DNA of 52,646 bases, counting the filler, from Malassezia furfur (taxonomy: Eukaryota): the NCBI GenBank assembly GCA_052055015.1. It is 2 parts of 2 records of this genome, joined end to end, with 100 filler letters (N's around TTAATTAATTAA, not from the genome) between each part and the next. Parts side by side here need not be neighbours in the genome. Positions count along the whole stretch, not along the records: positions 1 to 26,302 come from JBQJIT010000128.1; 1 more part is not named here. One strand, given 5' to 3'. Below, one piece after another: positions 9,180 through 21,072 of this stretch (positions within the stretch are counted from its first letter, which is position 1; each line of letters opens with the position of its first letter). A program made the translations under genes and the position numbers. Below the pieces are notes generated by a model. That model searched no databases, was not told where the DNA came from, and was given only the letters and a program-made list of their open reading frames with translations.

Positions 9180-10745
9180 TCAGAGAAGTTTACCAAATTT
9201 GGTGTTGTTCAACTTGACGTTCGTCCCCAGCTCACGTCGTTTGTGGATATGATATGCCTCACCCGGAGGAATATAGGTTAAAGCGTCCTTACAGACGCCT
9301 GTGCGTTGCGGCAAGGGCTTCCCTTCCGAGGATTTTCCTTCTTCAGAAAGAACCTCAATTGTGGAAATTTGGACAGGACGCGGTGATGATTCCATCTCAC
9401 AGGAGTCGCTGTCGCTAGAAGACGACGCCGATGTCATTTCCGGCATTGCACTTGAAGTGTCATATGCAGATTCGGCGCTCATCCTGGGCCACACCTTCGC
9501 AGGTGCATACCCACCCGATAGCACACCAACGCGCATCATCGACAACATGTTGTGTGCGGCATTGGAGTGTTCATAAATACCACCTTCAAAGGCCACCATC
9601 GCATCTTGACCAATCCTAGAAGCGACCAGAGCACGGCCTCCTGGGTGGTTGTCCATGAACTCGGAGACGTCATGAATAAAACCGTGAATTGCAATCAAAG
9701 GGCGCTTCTTTGATTCCGCGACGAAATCGTCCCAGCTCAAAAGCGGAAGCTCCTTGGGCGTCTTTGCATAAGAGAGCATTTCCTCGTCCTCGCGCAGCTT
9801 CTGGAGTTTCATAGCCAGCCTCCCTTTCTTCACCTCATTGTCCGGGAAAATTTTTAGGTTCGAAGCAAGACCAATCTTGCTCATGCTCCAAATGAACCAT
9901 TTGGTCGGGTCGTACTGATACCACTTGATGGCGTTGCGGAAGTCCATGGGAAATTCGTGGTGGAAATTGTGGTAGCCTTCTCCCAAGGTGGCCAAAGCGG
10001 TAATGACGTTGTCGCGTGGCGAGTGCTTCGCATCAAAGGACGCTTCGCCGAGATAATGCGCCAGCGAATTAATGGAGAAAGTCGAATGGTGGACCAACAC
10101 CAGCCGAGCAACACCTGCAAAGAAAAAGCCACCCTTCCAGTCACCCAATCCAAGGCCCGCCACCAGCGTCGGGAAGACTAGACCCCAGAAGAGGATCATA
10201 GGGATATAGTGGCGCTGCTGGAATTGGACAAACTTGTTCTTCTTCAGATCCCCGGTATCAACGGGACCAGGCCTGCGACGTGGCTTGACAACCATCCAAC
10301 CCACGTGTGCCCAGACAAGACCAGTATGCGCACCGTAAGGGTCCAGGTCGGTGTCGGTGTAGCGGTGGTGCGAGCGGTGGCCACGAGACCACCACAAGAT
10401 AGAGCCTTCCACAGCACCCGACCCCATGCACATCAAGAATGCCTGCAACGGGTCGGAAGCGGTATATGACCGATGCGCCCAAAGGCGGTGATACCCTGCC
10501 GTGATTCCCATTCCGGTTAGGAAGTAGTATGACACGGCCCACGCCATTGTCGCGTATTGAAGAGGCACGTAGCAAAAAGCATAGATGGCGAGAATAGGAG
10601 GGATCACCAAAGCAAGGAATGAAATCCACTGTATTTCAAACAGGATATTGCGCCATTGGACGGGCGGCAAAGGCTTCTCGCGAGCCAGGATGGTCTCGAC
10701 GTATGAGGGAGATTCCTCCTGGGTCCGGGGGCGAGTATCGGACAT
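9180..10745 (-). CDS. OLE1: Delta-9 acyl-CoA desaturase with fused C-terminal cytochrome b5 domain
   Basis: His boxes HRLWAH, HRSHH and HNFHH, the motif YDPTKW, and the b5 haem motif HPGG. Alternative ATG at 10766. Confidence 0.95.
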   Translation of the reverse strand: MSDTRPRTQEESPSYVETILAREKPLPPVQWRNILFEIQWISFLALVIPPILAIYAFCYVPLQYATMAWAVSYYFLTGMGITAGYHRLWAHRSYTASDPLQAFLMCMGSGAVEGSILWWSRGHRSHHRYTDTDLDPYGAHTGLVWAHVGWMVVKPRRRPGPVDTGDLKKNKFVQFQQRHYIPMILFWGLVFPTLVAGLGLGDWKGGFFFAGVARLVLVHHSTFSINSLAHYLGEASFDAKHSPRDNVITALATLGEGYHNFHHEFPMDFRNAIKWYQYDPTKWFIWSMSKIGLASNLKIFPDNEVKKGRLAMKLQKLREDEEMLSYAKTPKELPLLSWDDFVAESKKRPLIAIHGFIHDVSEFMDNHPGGRALVASRIGQDAMVAFEGGIYEHSNAAHNMLSMMRVGVLSGGYAPAKVWPRMSAESAYDTSSAMPEMTSASSSSDSDSCEMESSPRPVQISTIEVLSEEGKSSEGKPLPQRTGVCKDALTYIPPGEAYHIHKRRELGTNVKLNNTKFGKLL

Positions 10746-10780
10746 GATGGATTCTAGCGAATGCATTAGAATACGTGCCA

Positions 10781-10790
10781 CTTATATATA
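10781..10790 (-). promoter_or_regulatory. TATA box of OLE1
   Basis: TATATATAAG on the minus strand about 35 nt upstream of the ATG at 10745. Confidence 0.5.
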
Positions 10791-11177
10791 CATCAATTTT
10801 TAGCGGCACCGGTGGCGTGTGTCCGGATCTCCCCAGATTTTGATGCTTGGGCAGTGGAGCCACTGCCTCGGGCCTGGCGAATCCTTAATTGCACAATACG
10901 TGCGTGTTGTAGGGGAAAGTCCGTGCGTAAAGAAATTACAGGGCTGGATCTCATCTAAATCCTCAGGGCAAAATTATCGGGCGCGGTTATAGAGCAATAT
11001 TGGCCAATCAGAGAAAAGCGCAGCGCGGACTAAGCGTTCCTAAAATTGAATAAGCGCGGAATCGGCCTCGGCGCGAGCGGGAAAGACCGTGCGCGTGGTC
11101 ACAACACCGCCGAACGCCTGGGGTTCCAGACCAGGGCGCAGATCCTCGCCAAGTAGTTGTGCCAACCAAATAGCTAA

Positions 11178-12403
11178 TTACGACTCTGTCATAAGACCTA
11201 TCTCTGGGTCCGTGCCCCATGTCCAGTCGTGGATTTTCACGTTCCAGCGGCCAGCGTGAAAGTCTGCATCCTCATCGAGCCCAGGGCGTGATGGCTTGGA
11301 CTTAAACGAGGCATCTTGGTCCGGTGCGCCCATCGCAAGCATATCCTGAAAGTCGCCACCGACGCTATATGGCGCATTGATTAGTGCGAACAAGTATTGC
11401 TTCGTGTTGCGTTCGCTGAGAGCCGAGAGGTCATCGAGCTGCATCTGCGACGGACTCTTGAGCCGGGCCATGGACTTGGTCTTATCCACCTGCTGCCCCG
11501 CAGCCACGAGCTCGTTCCACGTCTTCTTGACGAAGTCAATGGGCGAGCTCATGGCCAACTCCGAATAGCTTGTCTGCTCCTGGTTCGCCGCGTCTTCCGC
11601 CTGCTTGATCGCCGCCGCAGACAGTTCCGCCGTATCCGGCACCGCGGGCGACTTGTCCGACTTGGTCCCGGGGGTCGATGCCTCGGCGGCCTCCGCAGGT
11701 GTCGTGGGTGACGCGCCACTGGCGCGATTGCGCACGCTCCGTGTCCGGAGTCCGCTCCGAGCGGTCTCTGCGTCGGTTTTGGGCGAGTGCGTCGCGACAA
11801 TTTCAAAGTCGTCGCTCGTGTCAGCATGCTTAGCACGTTTAACTGGCTGCTCGGATGGCTGTACGCGCGTATCTTCTTGCTTCTGCCGTGCAGCTTTCTG
11901 TGCCATGGACTGTGACGCCTTTGCCACAATCTGCTGGGCAAGTCGGTCATCGTTCACACGGACGAAGCCAATGCACCGCGTCATTTGTGTCTTGAGCTTC
12001 TCCAAATCACTCGCACGCAGAATGCACTGACGCTTTGGCACCAGCGCAAGTTGGTCATCAAACATGCAGATCATGATCTTGACGCGCTTCGCCGGCTCAA
12101 GGGTCCCTGTCATAGCCAGAAAAGCCGGCAGGAGAGCCAGCACTGTCGCCTTAAGCGAGACAAGCTTCTGGATCTGATCCAGGACCTGGGCACGCTCCGA
12201 CTCAGGCATGTTTTCAATCACGGGCAGTTTAGGCCGCGACGTGGCTAGGCTCGCATCGATGCGCTTCAGCACTGTCTCCGCATCCTCGAGCATCTTGGGA
12301 GTGACATTGATGCGGGTGCGTTGGTTCTTGTCCGGAGACGAGCGTTGCGCATTGGCTTGTTTAGCCTGTGCCTGTTTTGCTGCCAGTTGCTGAAGGTGTT
12401 GCT

Positions 12404-12435
<32 letters not shown>

Positions 12436-14231
12436 TTTTGCTGTTGCTGCTGCTGCTGCTGCTTTTGTTGCTGCTGCTGCTGTTGTTGTAGCAACGTCAA
12501 ATTTTGCTTGGCCTCTTTGGATGCATTGGCTGGCACGGAGAGCGTAGACGATGTAGAGGGCTGCTGCCGCTGCTGGAGTAGCTGTGCAATCTGTTCTGGT
12601 TTCAGGTTCAGTTGCGCGGCTTGTTCGCTCGTAATAGGGAAATCCCGACGGAAGGCCGTCGAAGTCTCGGGCTTGGACGGCTGTGTTAGGGGGGTATGTG
12701 ACGGTTGTCCCTGTGCGCCAGGGAAATTGGATCGCACTGCCGTACCGGAGAACGTGTTGTTTTGCAGCGTCGGTGTCAACAGGTCTGCCTGGGACCGTGA
12801 TGTATTGGGTATCTGGTTTTCGGGAGGCCGTTGGCCATTCATCGACATCTGGTGTAGCATTGCACGGTTCCACACTCCCTCGAAAAGTTCCAAGAAGGAG
12901 CGATAGACCTGTGCAATGTTTTGTGCAGCGATCCCAAGCTGGGGAGACTTGGATGGAGCAAGGCCCAAAGACACAGCGACCGATGCCCAGGTGCCCTTTT
13001 GTGTGACAGTTTTGCTTCCGCCGAGCGCTTGCACCACAGTAAAGAGGTGGTACAGATCAATCTCGCGCCCATCAATCACAGGGTTGCCCTGGAACGGTTT
13101 CCGATGCCGGCTCATCAGGTCGGTCAGAGCACGCTTGAACTGTTCCGGTGTCGGGGACATGACGGGAGGGGTCGGTGCCGGCTTCTGTGCGGTCTGTTGC
13201 ATGGGCTGCTGCACTCCCAGTGAGGGGCTGAACGTCTGTGCATTCATCGTGGGCGTGTTGGATCCCATCTGGCCGAGGTTGAGCAAGGGGTTGTTGGGAG
13301 CATGGCTGCCATAGTTCATGCCACCAAAGGTGGGTATACTTTGGCTCGGCTCGGCGGGCTGTGGCGCCATATTCATGCGTGGTGAACTGGTAGCAGACGG
13401 CATGACATTGCTGCGTTGGGACGTCAATTTCTGGACCAGCGCGGCCTGCACGCGGGTCAGTTCTTGGTGCGCACGCTGCAGCGTCTGTCGCTCAGTGTCC
13501 GGAATAACTGTCGCAAGCTTTTGCTCGATATCGTGGATCCGCTGCTGGACAGTGCGTGCGAACTGCATGTTTTGCATCACGCTCATCTGCTTCGACTGCA
13601 GATTGTCCTGCGCATTCACGGGATTGTGTGCCGCCTGCTGCACCGGCGTGCTGCCCTGGGTCGGCATCATCATGGAGGACTGCTGTTGCATGGGCTGCAT
13701 CAGGTTAGCGTACGGATTGCTCGGCGCAACGTTGGGCTGCGCCGATGGCTGCTGCACGGACTGCTGCTGCTCGATGATGCTGCGAATCTGCATCAACTGC
13801 TGCGGCGTGAGCATACCCGCCTTTGCCTTGGATGCCATTTCGGCGAGCAGTGCATTCATATTGTTCACGGGCGCTCGGGGCAGGGCGGGGTTGGCCATCG
13901 ATGGCACCGCACCCATGCTCGATTGCGGCTGCTGTGGCTGCTGCTGCATCATCATATTTGGGGAAAAGGCGGGCGTTTGCATGCTCTGCTGCATCGGAGC
14001 ATTCTTCTGGTTCAGCAGTGTAAGGAGCTGCTGGGTGGTCATCCCGTTGCCAAAGTCGGCTTGAGTCTTGGCGAACGATGGCATGCCTTGCTGCATCTGC
14101 AGGGTCTGCTGCTGCTGTTGCTGTTGTTGCCGCTGCTGCTGTTGCTGCTGCTGCTGTTGTTGTTGCAGTAACTGCAACAACTGCTGCTGTGCGTCAGGCG
14201 CAAGCTGCGCCCCGGGTCGGAAACCAGACAT
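11178..14231 (-). CDS. Glutamine-rich ARID-domain transcriptional regulator with a possible Med15/Gal11-like C-terminal domain
   Basis: ARID signature FKRALTDLM...PVIDGREIDLYHLFTVVQALGG...WASVAVSLG...IAQVYRSFLELFE, with polyQ tracts. ATG at 14231. Confidence 0.8.
12398..12490 (-). repeat. CAG/CAA trinucleotide tract (polyQ) in the ARID gene; a second tract lies at about 14107-14170
   Basis: Runs of ctg/ttg on the + strand encoding [31 protein letters not shown]. Confidence 0.85.
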
Positions 14232-14405
14232 GCCCGTGTCCGTCCCCACGACCGGCGATGCTGGAGCGGAGGCCACAGCCAACAAATCTGGAATACCCCG
14301 TAGGCACGGCGCTCCACATATATCCCCAAGCAAGGTGCGCCGCCGCTGGCCGTACGCAGGAGGCACAGGTTATGCGCCACAAAAAAGGGGTATGTCTACG
14401 ATATA

Positions 14406-14830
14406 CTACACGGTATTCTCCAGTTCGACACCAATGTCGGTCTCGATTTCATCCTCGGTCTTGGGCACCGAGGCGGCGGCCGCCTCGACCGGTGCGCGCG
14501 GCTCGTGGATCGGAAGCGAACGCATTTCGGACTCAATACGCTCGTAGAGAATGCTGGATTAGGTAGTGTACGTACGCGCGCTCCAACTGAAGACGCTGGA
14601 TGTTGCGTTTGATGCGAAGCGTTGTGGCTTGGAGTTTGTCGTTTTCCTGGTGTCAGCGGAGGGCGTCGACGTACGTTTTCAATCTCGCGGACTTTGCGCT
14701 TGAGCTCCTTGTACTTTTGGCGGTACTTGGTAGCATCACTTTGGATCGCGACCGACGACAGATACGCCTTGGACTTCTGCTTGCCGGGCGCAGCCCCCGT
14801 CGGCGCCGGGTTCGCGGCGCTGCTCGCCAT
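14406..14830 (-). CDS. Small coiled-coil protein resembling INO80E / the Nhp10 N-terminus; two introns
   Basis: Spliced product KYRQKYKELKRKVREIENENDKLQATTLRIKRNIQRLQLERAILYERIE. Introns 14647-14674 (28 nt) and 14554-14575 (22 nt) restore the frame. Stop at 14406-14408. Confidence 0.75.
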
Positions 14831-14896
14831 GGTGTGGAGATATGGCGGAGCACAAGGAGTCACGTGGGTTTTTACGCGGCGGCTTCTTCGTGAACC

Positions 14897-17110
14897 ATGG
14901 CGAGCGAGCAGGCAGCGAAGCCGGTGGCTCCAGAGGAGCTGGCCGACGGCGTGAAGAAGATGAACGTGCAGGAGAAGCAGCCGAAGGCGAACAAGAAGCC
15001 AAACAAGGGCGGCAATGAAAGCGCGATGCCGCTCGAATTCGAACCCAAGCCGGCGTACTTCCAGAGCCGCATTGACCTCTACGAGAAGGTCAAGGCCGAG
15101 CATGACGCAGCGCTCGCGGCGAAGGAGCGCAAGCCGATCAAGGTGACGATGCCCGATGGCGCCGTCCATGAGGGCACGTCCTGGGAGACTTCGCCGATGG
15201 ACATCGCACGCGACATCTCCAAGAGCCTGAGCGAGCGCATCGTCATTTCCAAGGTGAACGGTGAGCTGTGGGACCTGGAGCGTCCGTTCGAGGGCGATGC
15301 GACGCTCGAGTTCTTTGACTTTGAGTCGCCCGAAGGTCGCCGCGTGTTCTGGCACTCGTCGGCGCACGTTCTGGGCGAGGCTGCCGAGCGTCACTTTGGG
15401 TGCCATCTCTGCATTGGTCCGCCCACCGACGAAGGCTTCTACTACGAGATGGGCATGGGCGACAGCGGCGACCGTGTTGTGCGCCAGGAGGACTTCCCCT
15501 CGCTGGACAAGCTGATTACCATGGCGGTTAAGGAGAAGCAGCCATTTGAGCGCCTCGTGCTGACCAAGGAGCAGCTGCTGGAGATGTTCAAGTACAACAA
15601 GTACAAGCTGTACATCATCAACTCCAAGATCCCTGACGGTACTTCGACGACCGTGTACCGCTGCGGCCCAATGATCGACCTGTGCATGGGCCCCCACGTC
15701 CCCAACACGGGCCGTATCAAGCACCTGGCCATTCTGAAGAACTCGGCGTCGTACTTCCTGGGAAACCAGGCGAACGACTCCCTGCAGCGCCTGTACGGCA
15801 TTTCGTTCCCCGACAAGAAGCAGATGGTCGAGTACAAGCAGTTCCTGGCCGAGGCCGCCAAGCGCGACCACCGCCGTATTGGCAAGGAGCAGGAGCTGTT
15901 TATGTTCCATGACCTGAGCCCCGGCAGCTGCTTCTGGCTGCCGCACGGCACGCGCATCTACAACACGCTCCAGGAATACATCAAGTCGGAGTACCGGAAG
16001 CGCGGCTTCCAGGAGGTGATTACGCCCAACATGTACAACTCGAAGCTGTGGGAGACGTCGGGGCACTGGGCCAACTACAAGGACGACATGTTCACGCTGA
16101 ACGTTGACAAAGAGACGTTCGCGCTGAAACCCATGAACTGCCCTGGTCACTGCCTCATGTTCGGCAGCCGTGACCGCTCCTACAAGGAGCTCCCGCTGCG
16201 GTTTGCCGACTTTGGTGTGATCCACCGCAACGAGGCGAGCGGTGCGCTGAGTGGTCTGACGCGCGTGCGCCGTTTCGTGCAGGATGATGCGCACATCTTC
16301 TGCCGGCCCGAGCAGATTGAGGACGAGATGGTCAAGTGCTTCGACTTCCTCCAGAGCGTCTACGGCAAGTTTGGCTTCACCTTCAAGATGGAGCTCTCGA
16401 CGCGCCCCGAAAAGTTCCTGGGTGAGATCAAGACGTGGGACGAAGCGGAGAAGCGCCTGGCCTCGGCGCTCGACCGCGTCGTGCCTGGCCAGTGGGAGCT
16501 GAACCCCGGTGATGGTGCGTTCTACGGCCCCAAGATCGACATTACCATCAGCGATGCGATGCGTCGTCAGCACCAATGCGCCACGATCCAGCTCGACTTC
16601 CAGCTCCCGCAGCGGTTCAACCTGGAGTACAAGACGCCGCAGGGTGCCGCTGAGGCCGACAAGCACACGGAGCGCCCCGTGATGATCCACCGCGCGATTG
16701 TCGGCAGCTTGGAGCGCTTCATTGCGATCCTGATCGAAAACTTTGCGGGCAAGTGGCCCTTCTGGCTGTCGCCCCGCCAGGTGCTCGTGGTGCCGGTGAC
16801 GGGCAGCGTGTACGGCTATGCGGAGCAGGTGCGCCAGAAGCTCTGGGACGCCGGCTTCTTTGCGGATGTCGACCTCTCGGACAACACGCTCAACAAAAAG
16901 ATCCGCAACGGCGAGCTGGCGCAGTACAACTTTGTGTTTGTCGTTGGCCACGAGGAGCAGGAGACGGAGAGCGTCAACGTGCGCAACCGCGACACGGACC
17001 CGACCGTCGCCAAGGGCAAGACGGAGACGATCAAGCTCGACACGGTCATCCAGCAGCTCCAGAAGCTCAAGGAGACCAAGGAGCTGAGCAACCAGCTTCC
17101 CACTTTGTAG
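14897..17110 (+). CDS. THS1: Cytoplasmic threonyl-tRNA synthetase
   Basis: TGS domain, [56 protein letters not shown] and [11 protein letters not shown]. Confidence 0.97.
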   Translation: MASEQAAKPVAPEELADGVKKMNVQEKQPKANKKPNKGGNESAMPLEFEPKPAYFQSRIDLYEKVKAEHDAALAAKERKPIKVTMPDGAVHEGTSWETSPMDIARDISKSLSERIVISKVNGELWDLERPFEGDATLEFFDFESPEGRRVFWHSSAHVLGEAAERHFGCHLCIGPPTDEGFYYEMGMGDSGDRVVRQEDFPSLDKLITMAVKEKQPFERLVLTKEQLLEMFKYNKYKLYIINSKIPDGTSTTVYRCGPMIDLCMGPHVPNTGRIKHLAILKNSASYFLGNQANDSLQRLYGISFPDKKQMVEYKQFLAEAAKRDHRRIGKEQELFMFHDLSPGSCFWLPHGTRIYNTLQEYIKSEYRKRGFQEVITPNMYNSKLWETSGHWANYKDDMFTLNVDKETFALKPMNCPGHCLMFGSRDRSYKELPLRFADFGVIHRNEASGALSGLTRVRRFVQDDAHIFCRPEQIEDEMVKCFDFLQSVYGKFGFTFKMELSTRPEKFLGEIKTWDEAEKRLASALDRVVPGQWELNPGDGAFYGPKIDITISDAMRRQHQCATIQLDFQLPQRFNLEYKTPQGAAEADKHTERPVMIHRAIVGSLERFIAILIENFAGKWPFWLSPRQVLVVPVTGSVYGYAEQVRQKLWDAGFFADVDLSDNTLNKKIRNGELAQYNFVFVVGHEEQETESVNVRNRDTDPTVAKGKTETIKLDTVIQQLQKLKETKELSNQLPTL

Positions 17111-17119
17111 CTAGCGATA

Positions 17120-18469
17120 TTATGTGTTGGAAGGGGGAAAGGGGCGGCGCGTCGGGTGCGGCAGCACACCACCTGCCCACGGCGCGCCCGTACCGGGCCG
17201 CGCGGTTGTGCCGCCAGGACGCGGCAAGCCGGTGCCAGGCCGCGGCGCGTGTGGGTGCGGGGTATGAATGGTGGAGCCGGGGAACACCGACGTGGGGACG
17301 CCAAGTTGCCCTTTGGACACGGAGCCCAGGCCCGCCGGGTGCGCCGTAGCACGGCCGGCGTGGGCGGTCGGCCCTGCGTCGGGCCACTGGAAGCCGACGC
17401 CGCTGAACACAAAGTGCTGCACGACCGGCTGCTTGAGCAGACACTCGGCGTCATACATCTTGAGCATCCCCGTATAGACTTTGTACCACGACGGCACGTT
17501 CGTCGATATGTCGGTGAGCAGTGGCGAATGCTCTGCAAAGGCGCCGCGCTTCAGCGAGTGGATCCGTGCGAGCGACGAAATGTAGAGGTTGGGGACCGGT
17601 GCATGGGTGCCGGGCGGCGTATACATCAGGGTCGCTTCCACCGAGATCCGTGGTCCAGAACGCGGTCCCGGCTGCGACACAAAGGGATACAGAGTACGGC
17701 TAATCACGCTTTGCGGCGTAAACGAGGTCGAGTCACGGAGCTGTGCGGCGCCTAAGATGTACGGCACGAACTGGTAGTCGTCCAGGCCCCACACACCGTG
17801 ACTGCCTGCGGGTTCGAGCGAATAGCGGTCTTGCAAATGCCAGACGACACGGAGGTACGCCGGGAATACCTCAAGAGCAAGGCGCTCCTCGCTGTGGCGC
17901 ACCGCATCGGCCTCGGCGCTGTCCACAAAGAAGTGCAGGCGGTGCAGATAGTCGAGCCAAGCCACAAAGTTGAGCTCGTGCCCCGTGCCGTAGTCGATGC
18001 GCACGAAGGAGCCAAAAGCTTCAAAGAAGTAGGCACGCAGCTCTAGTGCAAACGGCTGGAGCGGCTCTGGGAGCAGCTCCTTGTGCAGCGCCTCGATCGT
18101 CTCTTCGAGCCGTTTACCCCACGTTCGGAACGAGAGGTTGCCGAACCGCTGTGCGCTCGTCTGTGGCTCAATTTCGTCCGTCCAGGTGTCGAGTTTCTGC
18201 AGTAGGGCAATCACTCGGTCAATCGGATCGTGCGACGACGCGCGCTCCATAGCACTTGCTGTGTTCCACGCCACATCGCGCGTTGGCGCATTGACGCTCG
18301 CCTCGCTCAGGCGCATGAGGAACAGTACGATCTCGTCGTGGGCCGCACTCGCACGCCACACGTCCATATCCTCCTCAGCCTTGATCCGGCGCTCGGGCGC
18401 TCGCAGGTGTGCGCGCGTCTCCGCGCTGGACGCGTCAATCCATGCGGGCAACGGCAGGGACGTCGCCAT
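17120..18469 (-). CDS. RRD1: Phosphotyrosyl phosphatase activator (PTPA, PP2A activator), Rrd1-like
   Basis: [46 protein letters not shown] and [17 protein letters not shown] at 18469. RRD1 versus RRD2 is less certain. Confidence 0.9.
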   Translation of the reverse strand: MATSLPLPAWIDASSAETRAHLRAPERRIKAEEDMDVWRASAAHDEIVLFLMRLSEASVNAPTRDVAWNTASAMERASSHDPIDRVIALLQKLDTWTDEIEPQTSAQRFGNLSFRTWGKRLEETIEALHKELLPEPLQPFALELRAYFFEAFGSFVRIDYGTGHELNFVAWLDYLHRLHFFVDSAEADAVRHSEERLALEVFPAYLRVVWHLQDRYSLEPAGSHGVWGLDDYQFVPYILGAAQLRDSTSFTPQSVISRTLYPFVSQPGPRSGPRISVEATLMYTPPGTHAPVPNLYISSLARIHSLKRGAFAEHSPLLTDISTNVPSWYKVYTGMLKMYDAECLLKQPVVQHFVFSGVGFQWPDAGPTAHAGRATAHPAGLGSVSKGQLGVPTSVFPGSTIHTPHPHAPRPGTGLPRPGGTTARPGTGAPWAGGVLPHPTRRPFPPSNT

Positions 18470-18501
18470 GGTGTGGAGTCGGTGTGGAGGTGCATCCGAC
18501 C

Positions 18502-20176
18502 ATGGCCGCTTTTCGCAGCCGGGCAAGCCGCGCGTTTTGCACGGGTGCGCGGCTGGGTCGCAAGGCCTTGCTGCCGGAAGGATGGGAAGCGGTAGTAGGG
18601 ATCGAGTGTCATGCGCAGCTCAATGTGCCGCACAAGCTGTTTAGCCGTACATCGCCCCCCCACCCCGCGTCTGCACCGTCTTCTAGTGCGGCGCCCAACA
18701 CGCACGTCGCGCCGTTTGACGCGGGCTACCCAGGCACGCTGCCCCGCTTGCAAAGCTCGGCGGTGACTGCGGCGCTGCGGGCAGCGCTGGCACTGCAATG
18801 CACTATTGTGCCGCGTTCTTACTTTGACCGCAAGCATTACTTCTATGCCGACCAACCGATGGGCTTCCAAATCACGCAAAAGCGAGGTATGTTTCCGTGC
18901 TCATGCAGTTCCCTATGCGCACTCAGGCACCGTATCCATCCGGTTCGAGGACGGGTACCTCAGTCACGAAGACGAGGCTCTGCAGGTGCCCATCGAGCAG
19001 GTCCAACTCGAGCAGGACACCGCCAAGTCGACCTACTACTTGATGGACGTCGGCGATGAGCAGCGGCGCACGCAGTTGCTCGACTTTAATCGCGCGGGCG
19101 TGGCACTGATTGAAATCGTGAGTGCGCCGGCGATGCGGACGCCGGAGCAGGCGGGCGCCTACGTGCGCAAAGTCCGCGATCTGCTACGGTGTGTGGACGC
19201 GTCGGACGGCAACATGAACGAGGGGTCGCTGCGCTGCGATGTCAATGTGTCCATCCACAAAATTGGCGAGCCGTTCGGGGCGCGGTGCGAAATCAAGAAC
19301 CTGAACAGCGTCAAATTCTTGATGCAAGCGATCGCCTATGAGGTGCAGCGGCAGTACGCCGAAGTCGCCGCAGGAAACACCGTCGAGCAAATGTCGCGCG
19401 GCTTTGACGAAGCGCGTGGCGTGACCTACGCGATGCGCTCCAAGGAAGATGCGCCGGACTACCGCTACTTGCACGAGCCCAACATTCCCCCGCTGGACGT
19501 GCGAGCGGGTGAGGTCGAAGCGCTCCGCGCGGCGCTGCCCGAGCTGCCCGATGAGCGACACACGCGTCTGCGGAAAACGTATGGCCTGTCGATTCGCGAT
19601 GTGAACGTCCTCACGCGTGTCAACGCCGAGGACGATGCAGCGACGCCGATTGAGTGGGAGCGGCGCGCGGGCGTCGAATACTGTGCCAGTGCCGTCGACT
19701 TTTTCGAAGCGCTCGTGCGCGATGGAATTGAGCCACAAACAGCGGTGAACTGGACCATCCACCACTTGCTCAAAGAGCTAAACGCCGCCGGCGTGCCGTT
19801 CTGCTACTCGCCGGTCCCCCCGATGGTGCTCGCCGAACTAATCCGTGTGGTCGAGGAGCAGGTGATCACGCCCAAAACAGCGCACACGCTTCTGCGCGAG
19901 ATGATCTCTACCCGTACGATCCCCTACGATGGCACAGCGCTGCGCATTCGCGACCTGATCGAGTCGCGCGCGCTGGGCCAACTGCGTACCTACGAGCAGC
20001 TGCGCCCTGTATGCGAGGCGGTGCTCGAGGAGCACGCCAAGGACGCGGCGGCGGTGCGTGCGGGCAAGACAAAAGCGCTGCAGAAACTCGTAGGTGCCGT
20101 GATGCGGCGGACGGGCGGGCGCGCCGATGCGGTCGCCGCCTCGGCGCTGCTGGCGGCGCTGATCGCCTCCACATAG
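18502..20176 (+). CDS. PET112: Mitochondrial glutamyl-tRNA(Gln) amidotransferase subunit B (GatB); one intron
   Basis: [72 protein letters not shown] and [11 protein letters not shown]. The 22-nt intron 18887-18908 joins two ORFs in frame. Confidence 0.93.
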
Positions 20177-20197
20177 TCTCCCGCTTCGATTGCCAAG

Positions 20198-21064
20198 ATG
20201 GGCGGCACCTCGGCAGAAGAGCTGCTGCGCAGTGCGGAGAAGAAGGCGTCGGCCACCGGTGGCTGGTTCTCGTCGTCGTCGAGCAAGCACGAGGAGTCGA
20301 TCGAACTGTTCAAGGCGGCGGCGAACAAATTCCGCGTCGAGAACCGGCTGACCGAAGCCGGCCAGGCGCTGGTGCGTGCAGCCGAGATGGAGATCAAGAC
20401 GGGCGAGCAGGACTTTGCGGCCAACACGTACTACGAAGCGAGCAAGTGTTTCCGCATGACCGATGCCAACCAGGCGGTGATGGCCATGGACCGTGCCGCA
20501 AACCTGCTGGTGAACCGCGGGCGCTTCCGCCAGGCGGCCGACCGCAAGAAGAACATGGCCGAGCTCTACCGCGAGGACCCGAACCGCCTGGACCAGGGCT
20601 TGCTGGCGTACGAACAGGCTGCCACCTGGTATACACAAGAGGGTGCGAGTGCCACGGCCTCGGCATGCAACCGCGAGGCGGCGACGCTCGCGATTCATCT
20701 GGGGCAGTACCCCAAGGCGATCGAGCTCTGGGAGTCGGTCGCGGCCGCGAGTCTGGGCAGCAACCTGACCAAGTTCTCGGTGAAGGAGTACTACCTCAAC
20801 GCCGGGCTGTGCTACCTCGCCATCCCCGATACGGCCGCGGCAGCGCGTGCCATGGCGTTCTACGCCCAGCAGGATCCGGGCTTCCCTACGACCGCCGAGG
20901 GCCAGTTTTTGCACGGCATCCTGCAGGCCTGCGAACACGGCGAGCTCGATGCATTCGACCAGCGCGTGCACGAGTTTGACCGGATGAAGCCCATCACGGG
21001 GTGGCGCGCGACGCTGTTGCAGAACGTGCGCAAGTCGATTGCGGACGAGCCGGACCTTTCGTAA
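20198..21064 (+). CDS. SEC17: Alpha-SNAP
   Basis: [47 protein letters not shown] and the C-terminal EPDLS. Confidence 0.94.
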   Translation: MGGTSAEELLRSAEKKASATGGWFSSSSSKHEESIELFKAAANKFRVENRLTEAGQALVRAAEMEIKTGEQDFAANTYYEASKCFRMTDANQAVMAMDRAANLLVNRGRFRQAADRKKNMAELYREDPNRLDQGLLAYEQAATWYTQEGASATASACNREAATLAIHLGQYPKAIELWESVAAASLGSNLTKFSVKEYYLNAGLCYLAIPDTAAAARAMAFYAQQDPGFPTTAEGQFLHGILQACEHGELDAFDQRVHEFDRMKPITGWRATLLQNVRKSIADEPDLS

Positions 21065-21072
21065 ACGCACTT

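Noticed and set aside
6293..10745. ERG9 plus OLE1 as a secondary-metabolite or lipid gene cluster
   Set aside because: Both are primary-metabolism genes separated by unrelated small genes, with no tailoring enzymes, transporter or cluster regulator.
18409..19059. Apparent frameshifts or pseudogenes in PET112, CCT3, RPT2, TIM22, RFA2, VMA9 and TRS20
   Set aside because: Each is resolved by a GT-AG intron with a branch-point motif that restores conserved sequence.
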